This document shows positions 24,419-37,517 of a stretch of 64,000 bases of DNA, piece by piece; position 1 is the stretch's first letter, and every line of letters begins with the position of its first letter. The notes below the pieces were generated by a model. It was not told the DNA's origin, searched no databases, and saw only the letters and a program-made list of their open reading frames with translations. Source of the stretch: Asterias rubens (lineage: Eukaryota); the NCBI RefSeq assembly GCF_902459465.1, contig NC_047064.1, positions 6,572,001 to 6,636,000 of the forward strand. Reading direction: 5' to 3'. The position numbers and the translations under genes were made by a program.

Positions 24419-26138
24419 TGTAGGCTGATCGGGAAAAAAAGTTTATCAAAAAATACTCTGAAGTATTTTGATCAGATTGTTTGCTGCTCCAACAACAGAT
24501 GAATATATGTTGAGATTGTTGAGTGTACTAAGTAAAGGCTTGATTGTTTTGAGAAAGATATCATCAACTAAAATGACGCGACTTAGTTTGGTGAAAGCAG
24601 GAAATATCAATGGCAAATTCAGAAACCCACAGCATGTGGTTTATACTGATAACTTCGGATCTCTCACCAACTATCCTTGTCCAGGCGAACAGTAGTGGGG
24701 CCAAAGCATAAAACGAATGTGCGGAGTAGTCGAAGGTATTTGAATAAAACTGTACAGGGCAACCTTAGACGATTATATTTATAGGAATCCACATCACACA
24801 CCGTATACAACACTGAACATTTTATTCAAAATTGAAGTTTGGCGGCTAAATTGCACCAAAGATCCTTTTAGAGTCATGTAATGCTTTCCGCAAGCTTTCA
24901 GCATTTCTTGTTAACCTGTAAAGTGCCACCGACTTTCAAGCAAACAAAAAATCGGGACCTGATTCTCGTTGATCACAAACAATCAACTTCAAAATAAAAG
25001 TTTGAAGGTTAATTTGCAGCCAAGATCCTTTCAGAGTCATGTGTGGCTTTCTGCCAGCTTTCAGCATTTCTTAAGACGCCACCGACTTTGAAGCAAACCA
25101 AATATCGGGACCTGAATCTTGTTGATCACAAACAATCTACTCATCATCATTCGGCATAGACTTGCGTCTGTGCCCGCTCGTCATCAGGTTGTAATGGGGG
25201 CGCACTCCTGGAGTTGCCGCAATCACCTGGTGTCTGTCAACAATCTACTGCTGCAGTGAAATACTCTAGATTTGAAAGATCAACGCATTTAATTTCTTGA
25301 CACACATTCTCGTCAAGAAACCTACAGTTAGACTATTCTTCTAGGTCATTCTTTTAAATTCTCAAGAAAAAAGAAAGAAAAAAAGATAGTAACCGGTATA
25401 CAACTTTTCGTCAAGACCTCCAGAAACTTTAATCCAAATTTTCAGGTCGGCTCAGAGAAGAAATGACTTCAAATGAGACCTGGAAAGACAGACTCGGCTT
25501 CGAGTGCAGAAACTTAATAGACCAACAAAATACAAAGTCGGCTCAGAGCAGAAATGACGACGTATGAGACCTAGAAAGACCCGGTTGGTTAAGAGGACAA
25601 AGAACTTGGATATTTTCTGGGTTAAAAAAGGGTTCTGTCTTTTCTGGGTCGGCAATCAAAGTGAAAGACGCTAAAAAATGAAAGATCAACGCTTTTAATT
25701 TCTTGACACACAATTCTCACCAAGAAACTTTCAGATTAAGAATACTCGTCAAGGTCGTTCTTATAAATGATCAAGGCAATAAAAGAAAACGGTAACCGTG
25801 CACATCGGAATAAAACTAGTCGTCAAGACCTTCAAATTTAAACCGCGACCTGAATTGTGTTTACCACAAACAGTCTACTGCAGTGAAAGAATTAAAAATG
25901 AATTTCTCAACACATAATATTCTCGTAACGAAACTTGCAAGTTATTCAATGTCTTCAAGGTTATAAAACAAAAGCAAAAAAAAACGGAAAAAAATAAAAT
26001 AATAAAAAAAAAAACTTAGGATTACGTACATTCTGTGCATATAGGAAGATTATTTTTTGGCAAAACCATCGAATATCGTTTGTGTTTTCTCGTGAATTAT
26101 TTGCATATTTGAGTGATTCGTACCTTATTTCTTAGTTC

Positions 26139-27134
26139 TTACATCGCCTGTGTAATTGCCGATTGCTGTATCGGGTCTATGGCCAAAGAGGGCGCATCGT
26201 TAGACTCCACTCCAGGACGCACTCGGCTTCGACCAAATCGGCCCCGTACAAGTTGCTTAAGCTGTGTACGGAAATGCTCGTACTTGAAGCAATAAACGAC
26301 AGGGTTCACGCTCATGTTGCACATGATCAAACCCGTGAAAGCCAGACTGATTGAAGTGAATGACCTTGTTCTTCTTGTGACGACACCAATGGTTAGGAGA
26401 AATCGCAAAGTCTGCGTCGGGGTCCAGCAAATGAAGAACATGCAACCAGCGATCAGCATCGTCATGATGACGTTTCTCTTAGCCTTACTGAAGACACCAT
26501 CTTGCTGATTGGCGTTAGCAATGTCAAGTTTGTGTCGAAGAACGAGGAGTATTCTAACGTACGAAAACGATATAAGGATGACTGGAACGATATACTCGAC
26601 GAAAACAGTTACACAAAACACAATATTCAATGCAGTGGGACTAATGGAACGATTAAAGCCGCACCGATTCCCATTGACTTTGTAGAGGAAAATATACATG
26701 ACAGCATATATGAACCCGATGATCCAAGCAACACACATTGAAACGTTGATCTTAAAGAGTGAGCAGTAGTTGCGGTGTTTGACCGGATAGCACGTGGCAA
26801 GAAAACGCTCCAGCGATATCACCACCAGATTGTACGTGGATGCTACGCTTACACCCCAAACAAAGAAGTTTGAGAAAATCAACCTGCAGAGAATCCAACC
26901 AGAGAAATGTATCTCTACATTCTCCAGAAGCGAACTTTGAATGATCCCAGTCATGAGGAGAAACACCAAACCAGAGATGAAGTCGATGATGGATTGGTGA
27001 CGGATAAGTCGGTTAGTGAAGGAGCTGAACTGTTTACGCCTGACCGTCATGACGAAAATCACCAAACCGTTTCCGAGGATAGCCAAAAATGCCATGATCA
27101 TATTTAACACAAAAGCCAAACCTTCACTTGCCAT
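26139..27134 (-). CDS. Class A GPCR type B2 (331 aa)
   Basis: Protein identical to 23423-24418. Confidence 0.92.
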   Translation of the reverse strand: MASEGLAFVLNMIMAFLAILGNGLVIFVMTVRRKQFSSFTNRLIRHQSIIDFISGLVFLLMTGIIQSSLLENVEIHFSGWILCRLIFSNFFVWGVSVASTYNLVVISLERFLATCYPVKHRNYCSLFKINVSMCVAWIIGFIYAVMYIFLYKVNGNRCGFNRSISPTALNIVFCVTVFVEYIVPVILISFSYVRILLVLRHKLDIANANQQDGVFSKAKRNVIMTMLIAGCMFFICWTPTQTLRFLLTIGVVTRRTRSFTSISLAFTGLIMCNMSVNPVVYCFKYEHFRTQLKQLVRGRFGRSRVRPGVESNDAPSLAIDPIQQSAITQAM

Positions 27135-28874
27135 TGTAGGCTGATCGGGAAAAAAAGTTTATCAAAAAATACTCTGAAGTATTTTGATCAGATTGTTTGC
27201 TGCTCCAACAACAGATGAATATATGTTGAGATTGTTGAGTGTACTAAGTAAAGGCTTGATTGTTTTGAGAAAGATATCATCAACTAAAATGACGCGACTT
27301 AGTTTGGTGAAAGCAGGAAATATCAATGGCAAATTCAGAAACCCACAGCATGTGGTTTATACTGATAACTTCGGATCTCTCACCAACTATCCTTGTCCAG
27401 GCGAACAGTAGTGGGGCCAAAGCATAAAACGAATGTGCGGAGTAGTCGAAGGTATTTGAATAAAACTGTACAGGGCAACCTTAGACGATTATATTTATAG
27501 GAATCCACATCACACACCGTATACAACACTGAACATTTTATTCAAAATTGAAGTTTGGCGGCTAAATTGCACCAAAGATCCTTTTAGAGTCATGTAATGC
27601 TTTCCGCAAGCTTTCAGCATTTCTTGTTAACCTGTAAAGTGCCACCGACTTTCAAGCAAACAAAAAATCGGGACCTGATTCTCGTTGATCACAAACAATC
27701 AACTTCAAAATAAAAGTTTGAAGGTTAATTTGCAGCCAAGATCCTTTCAGAGTCATGTGTGGCTTTCTGCCAGCTTTCAGCATTTCTTAAGACGCCACCG
27801 ACTTTGAAGCAAACCAAATATCGGGACCTGAATCTTGTTGATCACAAACAATCTACTCATCATCATTCGGCATAGACTTGCGTCTGTGCCCGCTCGTCAT
27901 CAGGTTGTAATGGGGGCGCACTCCTGGAGTTGCCGCAATCACCTGGTGTCTGTCAACAATCTACTGCTGCAGTGAAATACTCTAGATTTGAAAGATCAAC
28001 GCATTTAATTTCTTGACACACATTCTCGTCAAGAAACCTACAGTTAGACTATTCTTCTAGGTCATTCTTTTAAATTCTCAAGAAAAAAGAAAGAAAAAAA
28101 GATAGTAACCGGTATACAACTTTTCGTCAAGACCTCCAGAAACTTTAATCCAAATTTTCAGGTCGGCTCAGAGAAGAAATGACTTCAAATGAGACCTGGA
28201 AAGACAGACTCGGCTTCGAGTGCAGAAACTTAATAGACCAACAAAATACAAAGTCGGCTCAGAGCAGAAATGACGACGTATGAGACCTAGAAAGACCCGG
28301 TTGGTTAAGAGGACAAAGAACTTGGATATTTTCTGGGTTAAAAAAGGGTTCTGTCTTTTCTGGGTCGGCAATCAAAGTGAAAGACGCTAAAAAATGAAAG
28401 ATCAACGCTTTTAATTTCTTGACACACAATTCTCACCAAGAAACTTTCAGATTAAGAATACTCGTCAAGGTCGTTCTTATAAATGATCAAGGCAATAAAA
28501 GAAAACGGTAACCGTGCACATCGGAATAAAACTAGTCGTCAAGACCTTCAAATTTAAACCGCGACCTGAATTGTGTTTACCACAAACAGTCTACTGCAGT
28601 GAAAGAATTAAAAATGAATTTCTCAACACATAATATTCTCGTAACGAAACTTGCAAGTTATTCAATGTCTTCAAGGTTATAAAACAAAAGCAAAAAAAAA
28701 CGGAAAAAAAGAGTCGGCTTCGAGCACGGACACTTAATATAAACAAAACTTAGGATTACGTATACATTCTGTGCATATAGGAATGTTATTTTTTTGGCAA
28801 AACCATCAAATACCGTTTTTGTTTTCCCGTGACTATCTGCACATTTGAGTGAACCGTACCTTATTTCTAAAATC

Positions 28875-29166
28875 TTACATCGCTTGTGTCGTTGCCAATT
28901 GCTGAATCGGGTCTATGGCCAAAGAGGGCGCACCAGTAGACTCCACTCCAGGACGCACTCGGTTTAGACCAAATCGGCTCCGTACAAGTTGCTTGAGCTG
29001 TGTACGGAAATGCTCGTACTTGAAGCAATAAACGACTGGATTTACACTCATGTTGCACATGATCATACCCATGAGTGCCTGTCCAAGGAGATTAACTGAT
29101 GAGGAGAGTGGCCGAGCATGCGATAGTCACGTTCAACGCAGTTGCACAGCCGTCATTTGATTCCAT
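28875..29166 (-). pseudogene. Internally deleted GPCR pseudogene (psi copy 5)
   Basis: Same 292-bp structure and junction. Confidence 0.9.
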
Positions 29167-31778
29167 CGTAAAATTGATTACAAATGAAAATGTAGCGAAA
29201 TAAATTGTGAAGTTTTTTAGTATGAGTTTTTGCAGCGGATTTTATATTAAAAAAAGGTTAAATTGGGGTATGTTGAATGAACTCTCAGTGTAACAAATTT
29301 GAGGTAAAATTTTCTTATAAATCAATGTGAAATCCGCGGGAAAAAAACGTTTTATTTACTACTTTCGATCTCAAAAACACCGCTTTGTACACCGAGTGCA
29401 CCAGTAATGCAACCGAAAGCTAAAATAAACCAGCCTGAGATTTAGAAAGTATTTAAATAAAACTGTAAAACCTCAGGCAAGGTTGAACGATTGTCTAAGG
29501 CTCCAAATAATAAAATGAACGCGCAGTGTTGAATATAGTCATTGCTTTATGAAAAGATTTGTCTCGAGAACTTAGCAATGAACAATACATTTGAGTTATA
29601 TATAAATGCACCAAGGTCCTACAAAAGAATGTAATTCCTGTTTAACTTATCAAGAGTCACAGGCACTCGAGGTTTAAACACCTACATCGAATTGACAAAT
29701 TGGTTATCACAAATACTCGCGGGGTTTATCTTTTATATAATTTGAGGGCCAATGCTTTTTACTCTCCCTAATATAATGTTTCCTGTTCTTAGAGGAAAGC
29801 TCCAAAAACCCTTTGGGAGTATGTGTACATCTCGTTAAGTTCCTTCGGGAATAATATGTTACATATTCCTAACGTTTTTGTCAAAAGCCACTTTACCGTC
29901 AAACCAAACCTTTACATAAATTTCATAAAACTGGTAGTGAAACTCGAGTTCTTAAAGTAACTGGACACTTTTGGTAATTACTCAAAATAGTTGTTAGCAT
30001 ACAAACTTACTTGTTTAACGATCAAAGGAGAGCTGTTGATAGTATATAAAACATTCGTTAGAAACGGCTCCCTCTGAAGTAACGTAGTCTCGAGAAAGAA
30101 GTAATTTTCCACTCAAATAATGTTATGTGAATTTGACTTCGAGACCTCAGAATTAGATTTTAGAATTAGGCATTAGTAGACAGCACACAACTTCGTTAGA
30201 CAAGGTTGTTTTTTCTTCGAGTTTTATCATTCTTTTGAATCCTCAAGGTAACAAAAAAATCGGTATTAAACTAATTGTCAAAACCTACAACAATTTGTGT
30301 TTTATACAAATCTTCAAGTCGGCTCAGAGAAGAAAGGACTTAGTAAGACCCGGATAGACAGAGTCGGCCTATAGCACAGAGACTTAAAGCCATTGGACAC
30401 AGTCGGAACAGAACCAAAAAAAAGTTCACAGATTTACAAATAACTTACAGGGTTTACAAAAGGTAATGGTGAAAGACTTCTGTTGAAATGGAATGCTTTA
30501 CTTTGTGAGAAAACATTAAAACAATATCAATTCTCGATATTACGGATGACACGGCGAAACGTGCGGAAACAAGGGTAGGTTTTCCCCGTTATTTTCTCCC
30601 GACTCCGATGAACAATTGAGCCTAAATTATCACAGGTTTGTTATTTTATATATAAAATGTGATACACGAAGTGTGGGCCTTGGACAATCGTGTAAATGTC
30701 CAATGGCTTTAATAAACAAAAAAAAATACCAAGTCGGCTCGTCAGAGCAGAAATTACCTTTAAGACATAGAACGAACCGGTTGGCTAGAAGCACAATGGA
30801 TATTTTTGTGGTCTAAGTTCTGTCTTTATGGGCAATCAATGTGGAAGATGCTAACATTGAAAGATCAACGCTTTTAGTTTCTTGATACACATTCTCGTCA
30901 AGATACTTTCAGATTAAGAATATTCTTCTTGGTAGTTCTTGTAAATCTTCAAGGTAACAATACAAAAAGGTAACCGTGCACATCGATGTAAAACTTTTCG
31001 TCAAGATCTTCAAAACGTTTGTATTTTAACAACATCTTCAGGCTCAGAGAAGAAAAGACTTTAAGGAACATAACAGAGTTTATAAGTAAACAAATCTTGA
31101 ATACTATAAATTTGCATGAAACTTACACGGTCTAATGATGATGATGGTAGGAAACATATTTTGTAATATTTAGGTCTGAAATGTCATTTTTGATGAGAAA
31201 TAAATACAACTTGTCAGAGTTTACCGCTCAGTGAGCGTTTTATTCATTTTTATTTCAAACGATATCATGCAAATGTGTAATGTGGTTTTTTGTTTCACCA
31301 TGTTCTGGTGACCCAGGTGGTCGATCGACCTCAAACCTCTCCAGGTTTTTTCAGTGTTTTGGTATTATGGTGGATTACATAAAGTGCTTACACTGCCAGC
31401 AACTGTTAGCTAAAACCAATTTTGCAATGTTCCTTTAATAAGACCCGGAAAGGCAGAGTCGGCTTCGAGCAAAGAGACTTATTAGACCTAGAAAGACCCA
31501 TTCAGCTCAGAGCAGAATGATTTTTACCTGGAAAGAACCGGTCAGTTCAGAGCACAACAGAACATGGATATTTTCTGGCCGCTCGAAATGAAAGATTAAT
31601 TCTTTTAGTTTCCTGACTCACCTACCCGTCGAGCTAGCAAATTTCCTCGATCGTCAAAAAAAAAGTACGTTCTGTGGATTTCGGAATATCACCTTTTTGG
31701 CAAAACCATCAAATACCGTTTGCGTTTTCTCGTGAATTATTTGCATATTTGTGTGAATCGTACCTTATTTCTTAGTTC

Positions 31779-32006
31779 TTACATCGCCTGTGTGATTGCC
31801 GATTGCTGTATCGGGTCTATGGCCAAAGAGGGCGCATCTTTAGACTCCACTCCAGGACGCACTCGGTTTCGACCAAATCGGCCCCGTACAAGTTGCTTAA
31901 TTAAGCTGTGTACGGAAATGCTCATACTTGAAGCAATAAACGACTGGATTCACGCTCATGTTGTACATGATCATACCAATGAGTGCCTGTCCCAGGAGAT
32001 TAACTA
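31779..32006 (-). pseudogene. 5'-truncated GPCR fragment (TM7 plus C-tail, F2) with extra TTAA
   Basis: Twin of 7407-7630, with a 4-bp duplication (ttaattaa at 31897-31904) that shifts the frame. Confidence 0.88.
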
Positions 32007-32135
32007 ACGCCCAGTATACCGCACAAACCCGTGCACATCGGAATAACAATTTTCGTTAAAACAATCAAAAGCATTTTATGCCCTTTTTCGGGAATTTTGT
32101 GCGTGTTTGAATGAATCGTACCTTATTTCTGAGAA

Positions 32136-33134
32136 CTAGAGCGCTTGTGCTGTTGCTGTTTGCTGAATCGGGTCTATGGCCAAAGAGGGCGCACCAGTAG
32201 ACTCCACTCCAGGATGCACTCGGTTATGGCGAAATCGCTTCTTTACGAGTTGCTTGAGCTGTGTGCGGAAATGCTCGTACTTGAAGCAATAAACGACTGG
32301 ATTCACGCACATGTTGCACATGATCAAACCCATAAATGCCTGACCCAGGAGAGTTACTAACGAACTTGAGCTTGAAGAAACTGCACCAATGGTAATGAAC
32401 ACCCGCAACGTCTGCATCGGAGTCCAACAAATGAAGAACATGAAACCAGCAATCAACAACGTAATTATGACGTTTCTTTTGGCCTTGCTCAAGATACCGT
32501 TTTGCTGATTGGCGTTAGCATTGTCAAGTTTGTGTCGAAGAACGAGAAGTATTCTACCGTACGGAAATGATATCAAGATCACTGGAATAATGTACTCCAC
32601 CAACATGATCAAAATGAATAGAACGATCCTAGCAGTGGGACTTATGGAATAATCAAAGCCGCACTTGTTGTCAGTGATTTTGTACAAAATGATAAACCTT
32701 ATCGCATAGGCGAAACCGATGACCCAAGCAGCACACATTGAAACTTTGATCTTGAATAGTGAGCAGTAGTTGCGGTGTTTGACCGGATAGCACGTGGCAA
32801 GAAAACGCTCCAGCGATATCACCACCAGATTGTACATGGATGCTACGCTTAAACCCCAAACAAAAAAACTTGAGCGAACCAACCTACAGAGAATCCACCC
32901 GGAGAAATTCCCCTCTAGATTGTCCAAAAGCGAAGTTTGTCTAATAACAGTCACAGCGAGGAACACCAAACCAGAGACGAAGTCGATGATGGATTGGTGA
33001 CGGATAAGTCGGTTTGTGAAGGAGCTGAACTGTTTACGTCTGACCGTCATGACGAAAATCACCAAACCGTTTCCACAGATGGCAAAGCATGCCATGATCA
33101 TGTTAAACGCAAAAGCCAAACCTTCACTTGCCAT
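32136..33134 (-). CDS. Class A GPCR type C (332 aa)
   Basis: Intact 7TM ORF with GN, QSIIDF, SLERF, CWTP and NPVVY motifs. Confidence 0.93.
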   Translation of the reverse strand: MASEGLAFAFNMIMACFAICGNGLVIFVMTVRRKQFSSFTNRLIRHQSIIDFVSGLVFLAVTVIRQTSLLDNLEGNFSGWILCRLVRSSFFVWGLSVASMYNLVVISLERFLATCYPVKHRNYCSLFKIKVSMCAAWVIGFAYAIRFIILYKITDNKCGFDYSISPTARIVLFILIMLVEYIIPVILISFPYGRILLVLRHKLDNANANQQNGILSKAKRNVIITLLIAGFMFFICWTPMQTLRVFITIGAVSSSSSSLVTLLGQAFMGLIMCNMCVNPVVYCFKYEHFRTQLKQLVKKRFRHNRVHPGVESTGAPSLAIDPIQQTATAQAL

Positions 33135-34698
33135 TGTAAGCTGAGCGGGAAGAAAAAGTTTATCAAAAGATACTCTGAAGAATTCTGATCAGACTGTTTG
33201 CTGCTCCAAGAACAGATGGATATAAGTTGAGTTTTGGTTGAATTCACTCGGTAAAATCTTGATTGTTTTGAGAGAGATATCATCAACTAAAATGGCGCGA
33301 CTGAGTTTTGTGAAAGCAGGAAATATCGATGAGAAATTCAGAAACACCCCCAAGTGGTTTATACTGATAACTTCAGTTCTATCACGCAGTATCCAGCCGA
33401 ACGGTAGTGGGACCAAAGCATAAAACGAATCTGCCGGAGGAGTCGAAGATATCTGAATACAACTGTACAGGGCAAGCTTGTGCGATTGTTTTTATAGGAA
33501 TCTACATGACGAACACTACTGACGCTGGACATTGTTTTCAAAATTTAAGTTTGAAGGCTAATTTTCACCAAAGATCCTTTCAGAGTTCTGTAATACAATT
33601 TGCCAGCTTGTTAAGGTCCTTGCGGCATTTCTTGTTAACCTGTAAAACGCCACCGACTTTCAAGCAAACAAAAAATCGGGACCTGAGTCTTGTTCATCAC
33701 AAACAATATAATGGCGGTGAAAGACTCTGAAATTGAAAGATCAACTCTTTTAATTTCTTGACACACATTCTCGTCAAGAAACTTACTGTAATGTATCTAG
33801 GTCATCCTTTTAAATCCTCAAGAAAAAAGAAAGAAAAAAAGATAGTAACCGGTATACAACTTTTCGTCAAGACCTCCAGAAACTTTAATCCAAATTTTCA
33901 GGTCGGCTCAGAGAAGAAATGACTTCAAATGAGACCTGGAAAGACAGACTCGGCTTCGAGCACAGAGACTTAATTAAGACCAAAAAAACACTGAGTCTGC
34001 TCAGAGCAGAAATGACTTATAAGACACAGAAAGACCCGGTTGGCTAAGAGAACAAAAGAGCTTGGATATTTTCTGGGTCTAAGTTCTGTCTTCTCTAAGC
34101 CGGCAATCAAAGTGAAAGACGCTAAAATTGAAAGATCAATGCTTTTAATTTCTTGACACACAATTCTCACCAAGAAACTTTCAGATTGAGAATACTCGTC
34201 AAGGTCGTTCTTATAAATGATCAAGGCAACAAAAGAAAACAGTAACCGTGCACATCGGTATAAAACTAGTCGTCAAGACCTTCAAATTTAAACCGCGACC
34301 TGAATTGTGTTTACCACAAACAATCTACTGCAAAGAAAGACTTAAAAATGAATTTTCTTAACACATAATATTCTCGTAACGAAACTTGCAAATTATTCAT
34401 AGTCCTCAAGGTAACAAAACAAAAACAGTAAACCGTGCACATCGGAATACAACTTTTCATTTAGACTTTCAAAATGTTTTGTGTGCTATCCAAATCTTCA
34501 AATCGGCTCAGAAAAGAAAAGACCGGAAAAAGGGAGTCGGCTTCGAGCATGGACACTTAATAATAAAAAAAAAACTTAGGATTACGTACATTCTGTGCAT
34601 ATAGGAAGATTATTTTTTGGCAAAACCATCGAATATCGTTTGTGTTTTCTCGTGAATTATTTGCATATTTGAGTGATTCGTACCTTATTTCTTAGTTC

Positions 34699-35694
34699 TT
34701 ACATCGCCTGTGTAATTGCCGATTGCTGTATCGGGTCTATGGCCAAAGAGGGCGCATCGTTAGACTCCACTCCAGGACGCACTCGGCTTCGACCAAATCG
34801 GCCCCGTACAAGTTGCTTAAGCTGTGTACGGAAATGCTCGTACTTGAAGCAATAAACGACAGGGTTCACGCTCATGTTGCACATGATCAAACCCGTGAAA
34901 GCCAGACTGATTGAAGTGAATGACCTTGTTCTTCTTGTGACGACACCAATGGTTAGGAGAAATCGCAAAGTCTGCGTCGGGGTCCAGCAAATGAAGAACA
35001 TGCAACCAGCGATCAGCATCGTCATGATGACGTTTCTCTTAGCCTTACTGAAGACACCATCTTGCTGATTGGCGTTAGCAATGTCAAGTTTGTGTCGAAG
35101 AACGAGGAGTATTCTAACGTACGAAAACGATATAAGGATGACTGGAACGATATACTCGACGAAAACAGTTACACAAAACACAATATTCAATGCAGTGGGA
35201 CTAATGGAACGATTAAAGCCGCACCGATTCCCATTGACTTTGTAGAGGAAAATATACATGACAGCATATATGAACCCGATGATCCAAGCAACACACATTG
35301 AAACGTTGATCTTAAAGAGTGAGCAGTAGTTGCGGTGTTTGACCGGATAGCACGTGGCAAGAAAACGCTCCAGCGATATCACCACCAGATTGTACGTGGA
35401 TGCTACGCTTACACCCCAAACAAAGAAGTTTGAGAAAATCAACCTGCAGAGAATCCAACCAGAGAAATGTATCTCTACATTCTCCAGAAGCGAACTTTGA
35501 ATGATCCCAGTCATGAGGAGAAACACCAAACCAGAGATGAAGTCGATGATGGATTGGTGACGGATAAGTCGGTTAGTGAAGGAGCTGAACTGTTTACGCC
35601 TGACCGTCATGACGAAAATCACCAAACCGTTTCCGAGGATAGCCAAAAATGCCATGATCATATTTAACACAAAAGCCAAACCTTCACTTGCCAT
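34699..35694 (-). CDS. Class A GPCR type B2 (331 aa)
   Basis: Protein identical to 23423-24418. Confidence 0.92.
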   Translation of the reverse strand: MASEGLAFVLNMIMAFLAILGNGLVIFVMTVRRKQFSSFTNRLIRHQSIIDFISGLVFLLMTGIIQSSLLENVEIHFSGWILCRLIFSNFFVWGVSVASTYNLVVISLERFLATCYPVKHRNYCSLFKINVSMCVAWIIGFIYAVMYIFLYKVNGNRCGFNRSISPTALNIVFCVTVFVEYIVPVILISFSYVRILLVLRHKLDIANANQQDGVFSKAKRNVIMTMLIAGCMFFICWTPTQTLRFLLTIGVVTRRTRSFTSISLAFTGLIMCNMSVNPVVYCFKYEHFRTQLKQLVRGRFGRSRVRPGVESNDAPSLAIDPIQQSAITQAM

Positions 35695-37517
35695 TGTAGG
35701 CTGATCGGGAAAAAAAGTTTATCAAAAAATACTCTGAAGTATTTTGATCAGATTGTTTGCTGCTCCAACAACAGATGAATATATGTTGAGATTGTTGAGT
35801 GTACTAAGTAAAGGCTTGATTGTTTTGAGAAAGATATCATCAACTAAAATGACGCGACTTAGTTTGGTGAAAGCAGGAAATATCAATGGCAAATTCAGAA
35901 ACCCACAGCATGTGGTTTATACTGATAACTTCGGATCTCTCACCAACTATCCTTGTCCAGGCGAACAGTAGTGGGGCCAAAGCATAAAACGAATGTGCGG
36001 AGTAGTCGAAGGTATTTGAATAAAACTGTACAGGGCAACCTTAGACGATTATATTTATAGGAATCCACATCACACACCGTATACAACACTGAACATTTTA
36101 TTCAAAATTGAAGTTTGGCGGCTAAATTGCACCAAAGATCCTTTTAGAGTCATGTAATGCTTTCCGCAAGCTTTCAGCATTTCTTGTTAACCTGTAAAGT
36201 GCCACCGACTTTCAAGCAAACAAAAAATCGGGACCTGATTCTCGTTGATCACAAACAATCAACTTCAAAATAAAAGTTTGAAGGTTAATTTGCAGCCAAG
36301 ATCCTTTCAGAGTCATGTGTGGCTTTCTGCCAGCTTTCAGCATTTCTTAAGACGCCACCGACTTTGAAGCAAACCAAATATCGGGACCTGAATCTTGTTG
36401 ATCACAAACAATCTACTCATCATCATTCGGCATAGACTTGCGTCTGTGCCCGCTCGTCATCAGGTTGTAATGGGGGCGCACTCCTGGAGTTGCCGCAATC
36501 ACCTGGTGTCTGTCAACAATCTACTGCTGCAGTGAAATACTCTAGATTTGAAAGATCAACGCATTTAATTTCTTGACACACATTCTCGTCAAGAAACCTA
36601 CAGTTAGACTATTCTTCTAGGTCATTCTTTTAAATTCTCAAGAAAAAAGAAAGAAAAAAAGATAGTAACCGGTATACAACTTTTCGTCAAGACCTCCAGA
36701 AACTTTAATCCAAATTTTCAGGTCGGCTCAGAGAAGAAATGACTTCAAATGAGACCTGGAAAGACAGACTCGGCTTCGAGCACAGAGACTTAATTAAGAC
36801 CAAAAAAACACTGAGTCTGCTCAGAGCAGAAATGACTTATAAGACACAGAAAGACCCGGTTGGCTAAGAGAACAAAAGAGCTTGGATATTTTCTGGGTCT
36901 AAGTTCTGTCTTCTCTAAGCCGGCAATCAAAGTGAAAGACGCTAAAATTGAAAGATCAATGCTTTTAATTTCTTGACACACAATTCTCACCAAGAAACTT
37001 TCAGATTAAGAATACTCGTCAAGGTCGTTCTTATAAATGATCAAGGCAACAAAAGAAAACAGTAACCGTGCACATCGGTATAAAACTAGTCGTCAAGACC
37101 TTCAAATTTAAACCGCGACCTGAATTGTGTTTACCACAAACAATCTACTGCAACGAAAGACTTAAAAATGAATTTTCTTAACACATAATATTCTCGTAAC
37201 GAAACTTGCAAATTATTCATAGTCCTCAAGGTAACAAAACAAAAACAGTAAACCGTGCACATCGGAATACAACTTTTCATTTAGACTTTCAAAATGTTTT
37301 GTGTGCTATCCAAATCTTCAAATCGGCTCAGAAAAGAAAAGACCGGAAAAAGGGAGTCGGCTTCGAGCATGGACACTTAATAATAAAACAAAACTTAGGA
37401 TTACGTACATTCTGTGCATATAGGAAGATTATTTTTTGGCAAAACCATCGAATATCGTTTGTGTTTTCTCGTGAATTATTTGCATATTTGAGTGATTCGT
37501 ACCTTATTTCTTAGTTC

